This document shows positions 11,925 through 23,624 of a stretch of DNA of 64,000 bases, one piece after another. The translations under genes and the position numbers were made by a program. The DNA is from Heptranchias perlo (lineage: Eukaryota), in assembly GCF_035084215.1 (NCBI RefSeq), contig NC_090347.1:7812001-7876000 (forward strand), in the 5' to 3' direction. The notes under the pieces were generated by a model. That model searched no databases, was not told where the DNA came from, and saw only the letters and a list, made by a program, of their open reading frames with translations. Each line of letters starts with the position of its first letter. Within the stretch, counting starts at the first letter, position 1.

Positions 11925-12683
11925 TTTTCTTTTGTCAGTTCTGGGTCTGTTCTGGGGGGGGGGGGGGTGCTGGGTCAGTTCTGTTCCTCAGTTCATTACG
12001 AGTCTCTGGGATTTTTTTTTTGTGTGTTTTAGGCCCCTCTTTTATAAGGGGGGTTTAGGGTGTGTTTATGTGCAGAAAAACCAAAAAACCCAAAATAAGT
12101 ATCAAATAAAAATTTTATTATGTCGGTCCAGGATGCACTCCAGCCCCTGCGGTGCCCACCGGTCGCGGAAAGCCTCAAGCGTATTGGCAGACACTGCGTG
12201 CTCCCTCTCTAGGGCCTCCCGGGCGCGGAGAATTCCGCGGAAGAGAGGCAGACAGTCGGAGCGACCGCCCCCATGGGCCACATCTAACCTGGACCTGTGG
12301 CTAGCCACCTTGGACAGGCTCAGGAGCAGGGCCACAAGGACGTCCACCGTCCTGCCCACCCTCCCCCCCATCACCGAGCGGCCAAAGATCAGGAGCATGG
12401 GACTGAAGTGCAGCCAGAATTTGAGGAGCAGCCCCCTTAAATAGTCAAACAGGGGCTGCAGTGTCCCACACCATGAACAAATGAAACACAGACTCGTCCA
12501 GGCCGCAGAAATTGTAGGCAGCCTGGGAGTCCGTGAAATGGCGTAACCGCCTATTAGTCGCGACTGCTCCGTGCAACACTCTCCACCCCAGATCCCCAAT
12601 GGCACACGGGAGGATCCCCGAGTAGAGAGCCCTCCACTGGGGACCCCCGCCTCCGCCGGACGGCAGGATGGTACGCCCGCACG
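11925..12683 (-). mobile_element. 5'-truncated Tx1/L1-group non-LTR retrotransposon
   Basis: ORF2 C-terminal zinc-knuckle-like region (GDLGWRVLHGAV.TN...FCGLDESVFHLF, frameshift, CGTLQPLF...EAFRDRWAPQG); A-rich 3' end; 9-bp TSD GCACTAATT at 11916-11924 and 12684-12692. Confidence 0.85.
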
Positions 12684-12980
12684 GCACTAATTGTTGCAAC
12701 TGGTTTGCTCGATTTTCTCATCAACCGAACTGTGATAATTGTAGTGACTGAAGAAGCGGACACCAATGGTGGTGCCGAGAGTGCAGGAGAGAAAGAGAAT
12801 GCCATTGCTAGAGAAGCGAAGGATGTGTGCTCAGAAGCAAGACAGGAGGATATCACTAAGATTGGGCATTGCTAGGCTATGCAGGAATTTGAAAGTGAGG
12901 ATGAGATGTTTCAAAATCAACCCACTGGGGTATGGGAGGCCAATGGTATTTGAAGAAGGGGATGATGGGAGTGTGAATGG

Positions 12981-13320
12981 GTAGTAGGTCTGTGGAATTT
13001 GCTGCCCCAGGAAGCTGTGGAAGCTACATCATTAAATAAATTTAAAACAGAAATAGACAGTTTCCTAGAAGTAAAGGGAATTAGGGGTTACGGGGAACGG
13101 GCAGGAAATTGGACATGAAGCTGAGTTCGGATCATTCAAGGCCCTGTGGGTGGGGGAGCGGGCCCAGGGGCTGAGTGGCCGGATCCTGCTCCTACTTCTT
13201 GTGTTCTTTAGAGTTGAGGTTAGGACCAGATCAGCCATGATCTTATTAAATGGCGGAGCAGGCTCGAGGGGCCGATTGGCCTACTCCTGCTTCTATTTCT
13301 TATGTTTTTATGTTCTTATG
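12981..13320 (+). mobile_element. CR1 3' end (same family as 47550-48355) with an extra 87-bp segment
   Basis: Near-identical to the reverse complement of 47550-47792 except for 13120-13206. Confidence 0.85.
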
Positions 13321-13776
13321 AATCTTCGTGTGAATAAGCTGAAGCTTGTGGTGGTGTGTGTGTGTGGTGGGGGGGGGCTTGAGAGGAGCATTATTGAAGT
13401 GAGGTCGTAAGTGAAGTCTCAGGTCTTGTGAGCCGGAGGGTAAGAGGTAGAAGCAGAGGTGGGCATTGTTACGAAAGCGGAAGAAAGCAGTACTCTTGCA
13501 ATTGGAGTAGATGTTTAGCAAGTTCAACTTGGGGTTGAGCAGTAGGCCAATGGCTTCACACTTCCTGATTTAACTTGAGGTAGTAGCCAAGGTGGTATTT
13601 GGGAGTCAAGGTCAGAGGCTACAGGTGGGAGCCAAAAAGGATGGCTTCAATTCTGATAACATTAATCTGGAAACTGTGGCTCATCCGGGCCGTTGGACAG
13701 TCTAGCAATGGCCTTTGGATTGGCAAGAGTATTTTCAGCATTTATATCGGAAGCTGATCCCATGCTTCCCGATGAT

Positions 13777-14597
13777 GTCAACATCCAGGCTTGGGCTCAC
13801 AAGTGGCAAGTAACATTCGCGCCAGATAAGTGCCAGGCAATGACCATCTCCAACAAGAGAGAGTCTAACCACCTCCCCTTGACATTCAACGGCATTACCA
13901 TCGCCGAATCTCCCACCATCTACATCCTGGGGGTCACCATTGACCAGAAACTTAACTGGACCAGCCATATAAATACTGTGGCTACGAGAGCAGGTCAGAG
14001 GCTGGGTATTCTGTGGCGAGTGACTCACCTCCTGACTCCTCAAAGCCTTTCCACCATCTACAAGGCACAAGTCAGGAGTGTGATGGAATACTCTCCACTT
14101 GCTTGGACGAGTGCAGCTCCAACAACACTCAAGAAGCTCGACACCATCCAAGATAAAGCAGCCCGCTTGATTGGCACCCCATCCACCACCCTAAACATTC
14201 ACTCCCTTCACCACCGGCGCACTATGGCTGCAGTGTGTACCATCCACAGGATGCACTGCAGCAACTCGCCAAGGCTTCTTCGACAGCACCTCCCAAACCC
14301 GCGACCTCTACCACCTAGAAGGACAAGAGCAGCAGGCACATGGGAACAACACCACCTGCACGTTCCCCTCCAAGTCACACACCATCCCGACTTGGAAATA
14401 TATCGCCGTTCCTTCATCGTCGCTGGGTCAAAATCCTGGAACTCCCTACCTAACAGCACTGTGGGAGAACCGTCACCACATGGACTGCAGCGGTTCAAGA
14501 AGGCGGCTCACCACCACCTTCTCGAGGGCAATTAGGGATGGGCAAAAAATGCTGGCCTCGCCAGCGACGCCCACATCCCATGAACGAATAAAAAAAA
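13777..14597 (+). mobile_element. 5'-truncated CR1/L2/jockey-group LINE, young copy
   Basis: Open frame NIQAWAHKWQVTFAPDKCQ...ILGVTIDQKLNWTSHI...YKAQVRSVMEYS...SKSWNSLP...stop at 14535; short 3' UTR and poly(A); possible TSD ATGAT. Confidence 0.85.
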
Positions 14598-14939
14598 ATG
14601 ATAACGTGTAGATGGAGAGGAGGGGAACCAACGATATGTAGTGCCAGAATTATGACAGTTATGAGTAGAAATGGCAGAAGAGAGATCTTGGAGGCGAATC
14701 GAATGTCAATAAGAAGCTACGGAGGATGTCACTTGCGAGTTTGGTCAACGCGGTCTCAGCCCCGTGAGTGGGCTGGAAGCCATGGGGGGGGGGGGGGCTC
14801 AGTGTAAGCAAGTAGCCCGAGAGAGGGATGGAGTCAAGGCGTGGGGGGGAGCTTGCCAACGCAACGCTGAGTTGAGCCGCCTCAGCGGGAAAGCCCTGGA
14901 TACCTTTCAAGTCACACCGTTCCATTAGGTAACAAAGTT

Positions 14940-15130
14940 ACAAACTGAAGCGCGCCAACCAGCTATGTATGAATGGCCGGGTCCACGGGGGGGGGGTTTC
15001 ATCATCTCTCGTCGCTCATTGGTCTCATCCAAGCAAGCGTCGGCTGTGACGGCGCTGAGTGTGACGTCGCGGGACGTCTGGCCATTGGCGCAGGCGCAGT
15101 GGCGGAAGCGGGTTGTGCCACCGCCCCCTT
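14940..15130 (+). promoter_or_regulatory. ALYREF: ALYREF CpG-island promoter
   Basis: Reverse CCAAT boxes (~15018, ~15084), CRE-like GTGACGTC (15061-15068), NRF1-like GCGCAGGCGCA, ETS-like GCGGAAGC; no TATA box seen. Confidence 0.7.
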
Positions 15131-15441
15131 GCAGCCGCCGCCACCGCTGCTCGCCCTCTCCTTAAAGCCGCCATTACCGTGTTTACAGCGTGCGCGCCGC
15201 GGGCAAAGTGAACAACCGCAGGATACAAACGGTCACCTTTTTGTTTTTGAAAAAAAAAAGTTTGAATAATTAACAGTTTTTATTTTGCCTCCTTTTTTTT
15301 CTAAAGAAAAGAAAAACAAGACCCCCCCCCCCCCCTCTCTCTGTCGTGATTTCGCGCGCGGCAAAATCTCTTGGAGGAAAAGTTTTTTTTTCTTTTTGAT
15401 TAGAGAACAAACAGCAGCAAAAACAACAAAAAAAGAAGAAA

Positions 15442-15711
15442 ATGGGCGACAAACTCGACATGTCCTTGGACGACATCATCAAACTCAACCGGCAGAAAAG
15501 CCCGGCCGGCCGCGGAGGAAGAGGCGGCGGAGGCCGGGGCGGAGGCGGCGGAATGGGCCGTGGACCAGGCCGTGGTGGTGGTGGCGGCCAAGCCGGTCGA
15601 GGACCTGCAGGAGGCCGCGGCGGTGGTGGAGGTGGGGGCCTAGGTGTAGGCCTCATGCGCAACAGACAGAGTGCAATTCGAGGAAGAAACCGACCGGCTC
15701 CGTACAGCAGG
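15442..15711 (+). CDS. ALYREF: ALYREF (THO complex subunit 4) exon 1: N-terminal UAP56-binding motif and RGG region
   Basis: MGDKLDMSLDDIIKLNR...RGG-rich...RGRNRPAPYSR then GTAGG donor. Confidence 0.97.
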
Positions 15712-17173
15712 GTAGGACGCGACCGCGGTATAAAAATGATAATGTGTTGCATTTAAAGAAAGAGAGAGAGAGAGAAAAAAAAATCTTTAGGTTTGGTTTT
15801 GAAGTGATTTTTTTTTAAAAAGAAAAGAAACGGTTGAAATTTGGAACCGTGACGGAGCGGCGCCATATTGGCGGAGCCGTTATAGATTCAAATTTTTAAG
15901 ATGTAGTTTGTTAGCCCGTTAATAAAAAAAAACCCGGGCCCGCTGGCCTCGAGTTTTAACACCGGAGAAACGAGAGAGAAGAATTAAAAACACCGGGCTC
16001 AACCTCGGAGGAACTATTGGACGGAGTCTCTTGGATTGGACGAAGGAGAACCGGGCAGGATCAAAATGGCTTCGATTCATATATACATAAGCCATATTTT
16101 TGGCACAAAAAAAAATTATACAACCAGCTGAATTCACGGGAAGGACGCCCTGCATTTTTCAGGAGGTAAAATGGCGGCGGCCCGGCAATGCACAAAGATG
16201 TCGAGAGGCGCCATCGCCTGCGTGGGATCAGCTACTCGGCAACACAAACAATGGTCACCTTCTTTAATAAAGGATTGAACATATTGTCGCCTTTTGCAAG
16301 GAAGTTTAAAGACTGTGCTTTCGTAAAACACCAATGGTTCAACTTTTATTTCTCAACACCGCATTTTTTTGAAAAAAACTGCACTTAACCAGAACTGTCG
16401 CAAACACTGCAATTACCTTTTCATGGACTTGAATGACCGTTCGCTAAAATATATCATCTCGTGTCTCGGCTAGCTGTCTAACAAGTCGTGGACTTTCGAA
16501 GGACTTCCTGTCAAAGGAGCTTAACAGGCAAATATAAAATGCTCCTTGGGACTGTTTCTTTAAATTTGCAAAAAAAAACACACTACGAAGATTAATTTGT
16601 GGAGAAATGGAATGTTTCCTGCTTGGGGGAAGAGGTGGAGACGTGCAGCTGTCCCCGGTGGAGGAGAAACTACCAGCAGCTGAGGAGAATTTCACACCAA
16701 AGTATCTGGCTAGTGGCTAATAAAAGGAATCCAGGCTTTAGTTCGAGATGTGCTGTGGAAACAGTGGTAGGATAATAAATAAGTGAATTCATTTTTCACC
16801 AAGTAAACAGTTGCATCAGATTCTCTATACTTAATTTTCATTTGATTATCATTATGTATGTAGGAGCACTTTACATGTTACTAATTTAGTGAACCCAGTG
16901 AGCGGAAACATTTTAATTAGCCACCAAATGCATTCACTACATACATGCGTCATCGTGTTAAATAGTTATTCATCTCAGGTAAGCTCAGTATCCTTATTTT
17001 GTAATGAAACTTCCCTTGACTCTCAACATTGCTGAAGCAAATGATAATTCAAGCTTGCCTACATGTACTTTTCATTTAAATATTGGGGGGAGGTGGACAT
17101 GTGAATTAACTGATGTTTGGGGTAACAAGATGTAGGAAGTCAGCGAGGTGTATCTCTTTTTATTTTCTTATAG

Positions 17174-17419
<246 letters not shown>

Positions 17420-18008
17420 TGATACCACCACTTATTAGCCTGTGCAAAATAGAACAATGTAGAGAAGTTAAGTGAACTCATGCCCATTTAAGATCCTGAG
17501 AATTGGTGTGGACTGACTAATTTACACCAATCATAATTTGAATTAATTCTAACATGACTCCGCCCAATTTACACGCACAGTTTGGTCATCCCTTACATTA
17601 TCAGAATAATCTCTCTTTCGGGGTGATGTCTTCAAAAAAAATTGTAATTGAAGTGGTTTAAATGTTGCCCGTTGTTTACCGTTACCGATGACAAAGTGTA
17701 AGCGTGTGAACCTTTCACCTCCAGGATGCTGGAGACAGTCTCTGGACTGATTCTGTCAAATTCTCTGAATTAAGTCCTCTGATTCCATGTCTCCCATGGG
17801 GGAGGGGGGGGGGGGAAGACCTAATTACCTGTGATTAAATTTGCATATTTGCAATTCCCCAGGGACAGGTTGTGCCACAGTGAGTCCTTGCTTTAGATGC
17901 ACTAAAAGCTATTCAGTATTTAGCAGTGGAACCAAATGTCCAAAGTAGAAAAGAATTCCATGAAGTGCTAGAATTCGCACCTGGAGCATAAAGGCTCACT
18001 ACCAAAAA

Positions 18009-18131
18009 GTAAACAATTTTACAACACCAAGTTATAGTCCAACAATTTTTATTTGAAATCTACAAGCTTTCGGAGGCTTCCTCCTTCCTCAGGTAAATGT
18101 TCAGGAGCTCCTCGAAGCCTACGCATTTATA
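18009..18131 (-). mobile_element. Penelope-like pseudo-LTR fragment (family B) with hammerhead motif at 18059-18097
   Basis: Homologous to 29413-29535; minus strand TTTAC-CTGAGGA-A-GGAG-gaagc-CTCC-GAA-AGCT-T-GTAGA. Confidence 0.8.
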
Positions 18132-19009
18132 TGGCACGGAAGGAGGCCATTCGGCCCATCAAGTCCGTGCCGGCTCTCCAAGATTAATCCAGCTATTCCC
18201 ACTCCCCCACCCTTTCCCCAGTTGGATTGAGATTTGTTATAGCCCTGTGAAAACGGTCCATTGGCCCACTTGGTCTCTTTCCAGAAATCAACCGTGAGTT
18301 TTCCCATACCCCATTTCTAGATATACCTGAACAGTCGGAGGGCTCCAGTTTAATGTCTGAGCTAAGGGATGGCACCTCTGACAATACTGCTCTTCTTGTT
18401 GCACTGGAGTGTCATTCTAGGTTATGTGCTTAGGTTCTAGTTCATGGTTGAAGCTTGCATGCTTCTTGGGCCCAAGTGAATGCTGCCACCCATCATGTCG
18501 TGCATCCAATGTCTGCATGCATCATGGACAGCTAACATTACCCAATATCAAAGATCCTCTTACCCTGCATTACTCCCCTTTTTATGGTGTGCTTCAGGTG
18601 GAGCATTTTAAAAACTTCTAGAAAGGTACTTTGTATTAATGGGAATTTTGTATGGATAGGAATTGTATGTAGAAAGCTAATTATTGCCGGTCAACACTTC
18701 GCTGTCCCTTTCCCCATTGAGCAAATCCACTCCCAGGTTTCTGGTATTGTTGCCATGAATGAGTTGCCAATGGAAAGCAACTGACAAGTTCAGTACCACA
18801 CTTGGCATTTGAAAATTTTTGTTGGAGTTGCAGTATCTGTGTGCAGTTCAAAAAGTACTGGACTGGTTCAGAAACAATGATTGCTTCATGGGCTACCTGT
18901 AAACCATGGCATCTGTTTGTCTTTTAAAAGTTAAGCAACTACATATTGCCCCTGACCAATTGTATTTGCCATGTCATTGTCTCCACACAGGATGTGTTGG
19001 GTCTGCTAA

Positions 19010-19237
<228 letters not shown>

Positions 19238-20473
19238 TAAAATTTGAAGTTACAGCACCTTTTAAAAGCTGAATCAAGTTTAAGATCGTTAGTTTAACAG
19301 CTAGCAGATCATGACTTCGCTTCTTGGATCTGTCACTTTTCAGTTCATCCATCAATGCTCACTGTACAATGCGAAAGCTGTTTTGAATGTGGGAAATTGC
19401 TTCATTATGGTAATTATCCTATGCTTAAAAAAAAAGTAAAGCATTGACCAGTCTCTTTCCTCACCCTCCCCTCTCCCCCCCCCCCCCCCCCCCAACATAC
19501 TTTTTGTGCCTCCTGAGTCCCACTGACTGATTTGGGGCTGATGGCATCTAAAATGTTGAAAACCTGCTCCAATCAAGTTGCAAAAGTCTGAATACCAGCT
19601 CAATTCTTGCTTCAAGTTTCCTTATTTTAATTCCCATATCTTTGGAGCCCGCAGTTGAGTCTCAACGCTGAGTCTTCTCCCCAATTGGAGGCAACACAAT
19701 GGCTGCTTGGCTCTGATTGAAAAATGAGTGGAGCTGGAGTTGAACATTTTTTTCTATTGAAATGGTTGTTAGTGCCACTATGTTGCTATCTTTGATCTTT
19801 TTTTTTGTCAAGCCAGGAGGAGTTGCTGTAGATCAACTGTTTGTTAATGGCCCAGGGAGCTTTAGCACATGTGGGTGGAAATTTCTCTCTGGCCCAGTAG
19901 AGGGTAATGTAGCCTAGAGCACCCTTCAATGCAGTAAGATTGGTTTAGCTTTTAAATTTGGAAGTAACATCTAACATGGTGTATATATTGACTGGCCATT
20001 TAGTGGGTTGTCAGTTCTAAAAATATAGTTTATGAATGTATGGAGAAGATCTATAGGGCCAGTACCTACAGCTGATAGTTGTGTAGAATTTAAGATCCTA
20101 AAATCTTTCCAAGTGTATAAAAGGAAGCTTTGAAGACTGGCTTTGTTGCATACCACATGAAATGTAGCAGACTGTTTAAGGTCTGCTTTAGTGGCTTTAA
20201 AAGGACTTCAATTTCTCCGATTGTGGAGGTGTGTAAAGCAAAGTGGATTTTGCTCAGTCCCCCGTGACCAGAAACGTAGTTGTTTGTAATGTTGCCATTA
20301 ATATTACCTGAAACATATGGCAGCACTATGATGGGCGATAGACATGATTTAGAATAAAAACATGCCTACAATTGTAGGCAGTCTGTATTTGAGTTAATCT
20401 GTAAATGACGTGAAGTGCTTTTGTCCATTGTAGATGTAGTTTACTAATATCTTTTTTTCTTGTGTGGGAAAAG

Positions 20474-20537
20474 GGCGACCAATGAACATTCAACTGGTTA
20501 CCTCACAAATTGATGCCCAAAGACGACCGATTGTCGG
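20474..20537 (+). CDS. ALYREF: ALYREF exon 4
   Basis: AAG acceptor; (G)RPMNIQLVTSQIDAQRRPIV(G); GTGAG donor; 64 nt, phases consistent with exons 3 and 5. Confidence 0.95.
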
Positions 20538-20719
20538 GTGAGTTTTTTTTCTCTATAGCCAAGATTTATTTTTGTAGCACTTTGACAAAGTTTGACACTT
20601 ACATGAACTAAAAAGATTTCTGTGGGGAAAGCGCACTGTGGATTTATCACTGGCTGCCAGTGCTTTGGGGTGATCTTCACTAGGGCTATTTTATGACATT
20701 TTTCCTTTTATAATTTTAG

Positions 20720-20885
20720 TGGAAACCGAGGAATAAACAGAACCCGCGGTAGTGCATTCGGGGGTGGAAATAGACGATCAAGAGGCGGCAATAGGGGCGG
20801 AAGAGGTGGTCGGGGTGGAAGGAATTCGAGGCAGCAGCTTTCGGCAGAAGAGCTGGATGCCCAGTTGGATGCTTATAATGCTAGG
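20720..20885 (+). CDS. ALYREF: ALYREF exon 5 (RGG2 and C-terminal UAP56-binding motif)
   Basis: TAG acceptor; [10 protein letters not shown]...[22 protein letters not shown]; GTAAG donor; 166 nt. Confidence 0.96.
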
Positions 20886-21851
20886 GTAAGTCTGCTGGTG
20901 GTATAGGGTTTATCTTCAATGTTTGTTTAAAGCTTTTTACACCTATAATGCAAGCTGTTATGAAATCGTGCGGCATGACTTGTATCTCAAATGGTTCACA
21001 ATTGGGATTTAAATCTGTCCCAAGTGTCCTTACACAAGTTTATGCTGTATATTTTATCTGCTACAGAAAAAGTGACTTAATGATGATCAGTTGAAGGTTT
21101 TTTTGGTGAGCCAAAGTGGCTCCCAAAGTTCGATTTTTGGGAGAGAGTTCTTCAGCCAGAGTCATCAAAAATGGATGTAAGGGGACTGTTAGGTTATTTG
21201 AGGTAGCGTGATGGGCCAAAAAAGAGGGAGTTGGAATGGGGAGGGTTATTTTTTCCCTTGGGATGAAGGTTTCACAAGCAGGTGTGGATAGCGAGGGAGC
21301 CAAGGAAAAAGTTGGAAAGGACCTAATCGGTGATAAACCTTAGTGGTAAGGCCACATATAATGGCATAATTGAAGAGGTGGGTATGAGTGGGAGAACTTT
21401 GTACGAGGCAAGCACCGTGGAGCTCTGGATGGCGGTAGCCGATGAGAGCTGTAATCAGTGATAGAGGGTAAGGTGCTTCAAATGTGAAGAGGAAGGGTTG
21501 AAGTGAGCCTTGCAGTTGAGCTATGTCACAATGGTTTGGGTGGGGAACATGCCGCCAGGTGAACCAGCCTAGTTGAAGGGCAAAAGATCTGGGTTTTAGT
21601 TACATCCAGGATGTTGGTAGAATCATCCTGGATTAGATCATGGGTGAGGAGGGGTTTTGTTTCCAAGGGACAGCCATTTTGTAGTATAACTGCTCGTAGG
21701 ATCAATTGAAGGGACAGGTAAATTAATGAATAGGGAGAAGGTTAGAGAAACTTGCCTCTGGGGAGCAGGCTATGCAGTGGGCTATGGCTGTCGCAACTTG
21801 ATGATAAAATAGGTTCTGAGAAAAGTCTAGAGTATTGAGGGCAAATTATTG

Positions 21852-22003
21852 ACTTTTTTTATTCGTTCACGGGATGTGGGCGTCGCTGGCAAGGCCGGCA
21901 TTTATTGCCCATCCCTAATTGCCCTTGAGAAGGTGGTGGTGAGCCGCCTTCTTGAACCGCTGCAGTCCGTGTGGTGACGGTTCTCCCACAGTGCTGTTAG
22001 GAA
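21852..22003 (-). mobile_element. 3' end of the LINE family seen at 13777-14597
   Basis: Near-identical to the reverse complement of ~14445-14597 including the poly(A) tail. Confidence 0.85.
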
Positions 22004-22785
22004 ATTGGCTGAGCGACAGGAGACGGGGATAATAGGCAGGTACTCAAATTGGCAGGATGTGACTAGCGTCCCACGGATCTGTGTTGGGGCCTCAACTATT
22101 CCCTGTCATTTAAGTCGTTAATAAATAGCATAGCGAGCCACATGTCCAAGTTTGCCGATGACACAAAGATAGGCAGCAGTCGAAGCATAAAATTAGAAAG
22201 AGATTAATAGATTAAGTGGGGAAAAACTGGCAAATGGATTTCAGTGTAGGCGAGTGAAGTCATCCACTTTGGACCTAAAAAGGATAGGTGACAGTACTTT
22301 CTAGATGGTGAAGCTGGAAACAATGGAGGTTCAAAGAGACTTAGGGGTCCATGTACATAAATCATTAAAATGTCATGGACAGGTTTTAAGAGATTATGCA
22401 TACTAGCGTTGTATTCCCTGAAATTTACAAGATTAAGGGGTGATTTGATTGCAGTTTTCAAGATATTAAAGGGAACGGATAGTTTCTCTCTAACTACTCT
22501 ATTTCCACTGGTTGGGGAGTCGAGGACTAGGGGACATCGCCTAAAAATTAGAGCCAGGACTTTCAGGAGTGAAGTTAGGAAACACTTCTATATGCAAAGG
22601 ATGGTAGAAGTTTGGAACACCTGCAAATGACAGCTGATGCTAGGTCAATTAATTTTAATCTGAGTGATCGATTTTTGTTAGCCCCATAATCCCTTAATAC
22701 CTTTTTGGTTAAAGTGGTTATATGGTCATGATCTCAATGGTGCAAAAGGCCTGAGGGGCTAAATGGCCTGCTTCTGTTCCTATTG
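22001..22785 (+). mobile_element. Degenerate CR1 LINE
   Basis: SKFADDTKIG, LYSLKFTRLRGDLI.VFKI, GH.LKIR motifs; related to 43630-44985. Confidence 0.8.
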
Positions 22786-23389
22786 GCAGATGGAGTAGCT
22801 TTGGGTGGATGAATGAGAGGGGTGAGAACGAGTGACTGGAATTCTGAGGTGGGGCATGGAAATGGCAGGGTAGACAAGGAAACGGGCCGGGAAGCTCTAA
22901 TCTGGCGTAGCAGCCACGGATGCAAGTACACAGGAGATAAACTTTAAAAGTTCTATATAATACTTAAGGAAGGCTATAAATAAAGGAAAATCTATTTGTA
23001 AGGAAGGCACGGTCTGATGGAGAAGTCGGGTGCACATGGCAACCAGAGCTGAAGCTTGTTGGGAAGAGCTGGTCTGCTTAGGGTCCAGAGGTGATCTGGT
23101 TGTAGCACTGATCTGATTTGTGGTAAAAGAGCCAGGGATGCTGTCACGTGACAAGTGGCCTGTAAATTGGTCTCATTGGATATCATTGACCTTATATTCT
23201 GGAAGAAATGGTGTCTGATTTACTGCCAGGTATTGGTGCTATATGAATCTAAAGTGGATCTAGCAAAGTCAGCATAAAAGATGGGGTTTACATTTGTAGA
23301 TTTTTTTAAATCTTGATGTGTGAAGCACTGATGCTTTGATGCTGATTGATATACTGACATTTAACATTGGTGTGTTTCTTCTCTTGTAG

Positions 23390-23404
23390 ATGGATACAAG
23401 TTAA
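23390..23404 (+). CDS. ALYREF: ALYREF exon 6 coding part (MDTS-stop)
   Basis: Polypyrimidine tract plus TAG acceptor, then ATG GAT ACA AGT TAA; total CDS 795 nt = 264 aa plus stop. Confidence 0.93.
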   Translation: MDTS

Positions 23405-23618
23405 GTGACCTTGAAATTGACTCATCAGCAGTTGACTTTTTTTTCCTTGTGGGAGGGACACGAACAATGTAGTCTAGTAACTCCGTGAAATAGGTTTTTA
23501 AAATCTATGTAACTTTTTAAGTCACAGTCCTGTTTTGTACTGAATGTTTTCATTTTGGGATACGTTTTACTAGTTGCATGTCTTCATGGGAGGATGGACT
23601 TGCCACGCCAGACCATGA

Positions 23619-23624
23619 AATAAA
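23619..23624 (+). terminator. ALYREF: Candidate ALYREF polyadenylation signal
   Basis: AATAAA ~215 nt after the stop with downstream T/GT-rich sequence; a second AATAAA at 23771-23776. Confidence 0.6.

Larger units (their letters stand above)
12740..14800 (-). mobile_element. Old L2 LINE fragments interrupted by two younger LINE insertions
   Basis: Purine-rich plus-strand segments 12740-12980, 13325-13776 and 14598-14800 resemble 8455-9850; minus-strand GFQPTHGAETALTK motif near 14750. Confidence 0.55.

Noticed and set aside
7610-14940. ANAPC11 or another gene sharing the ALYREF promoter
   Set aside because: No RING-H2-like exon found on the minus strand; the interval is largely explained by repeats
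15270-15818. Pro-rich antisense ORF and alternative-frame ORF over ALYREF exon 1
   Set aside because: Shadows of the Gly/Arg-rich coding sequence
16150-16170. Possible 3-nt microexon TTTTCAG|GAG|GTAAAA in ALYREF intron 1
   Set aside because: Exons 1 and 2 already join to give the canonical ...PYSR-PKQL... sequence; no support without RNA data
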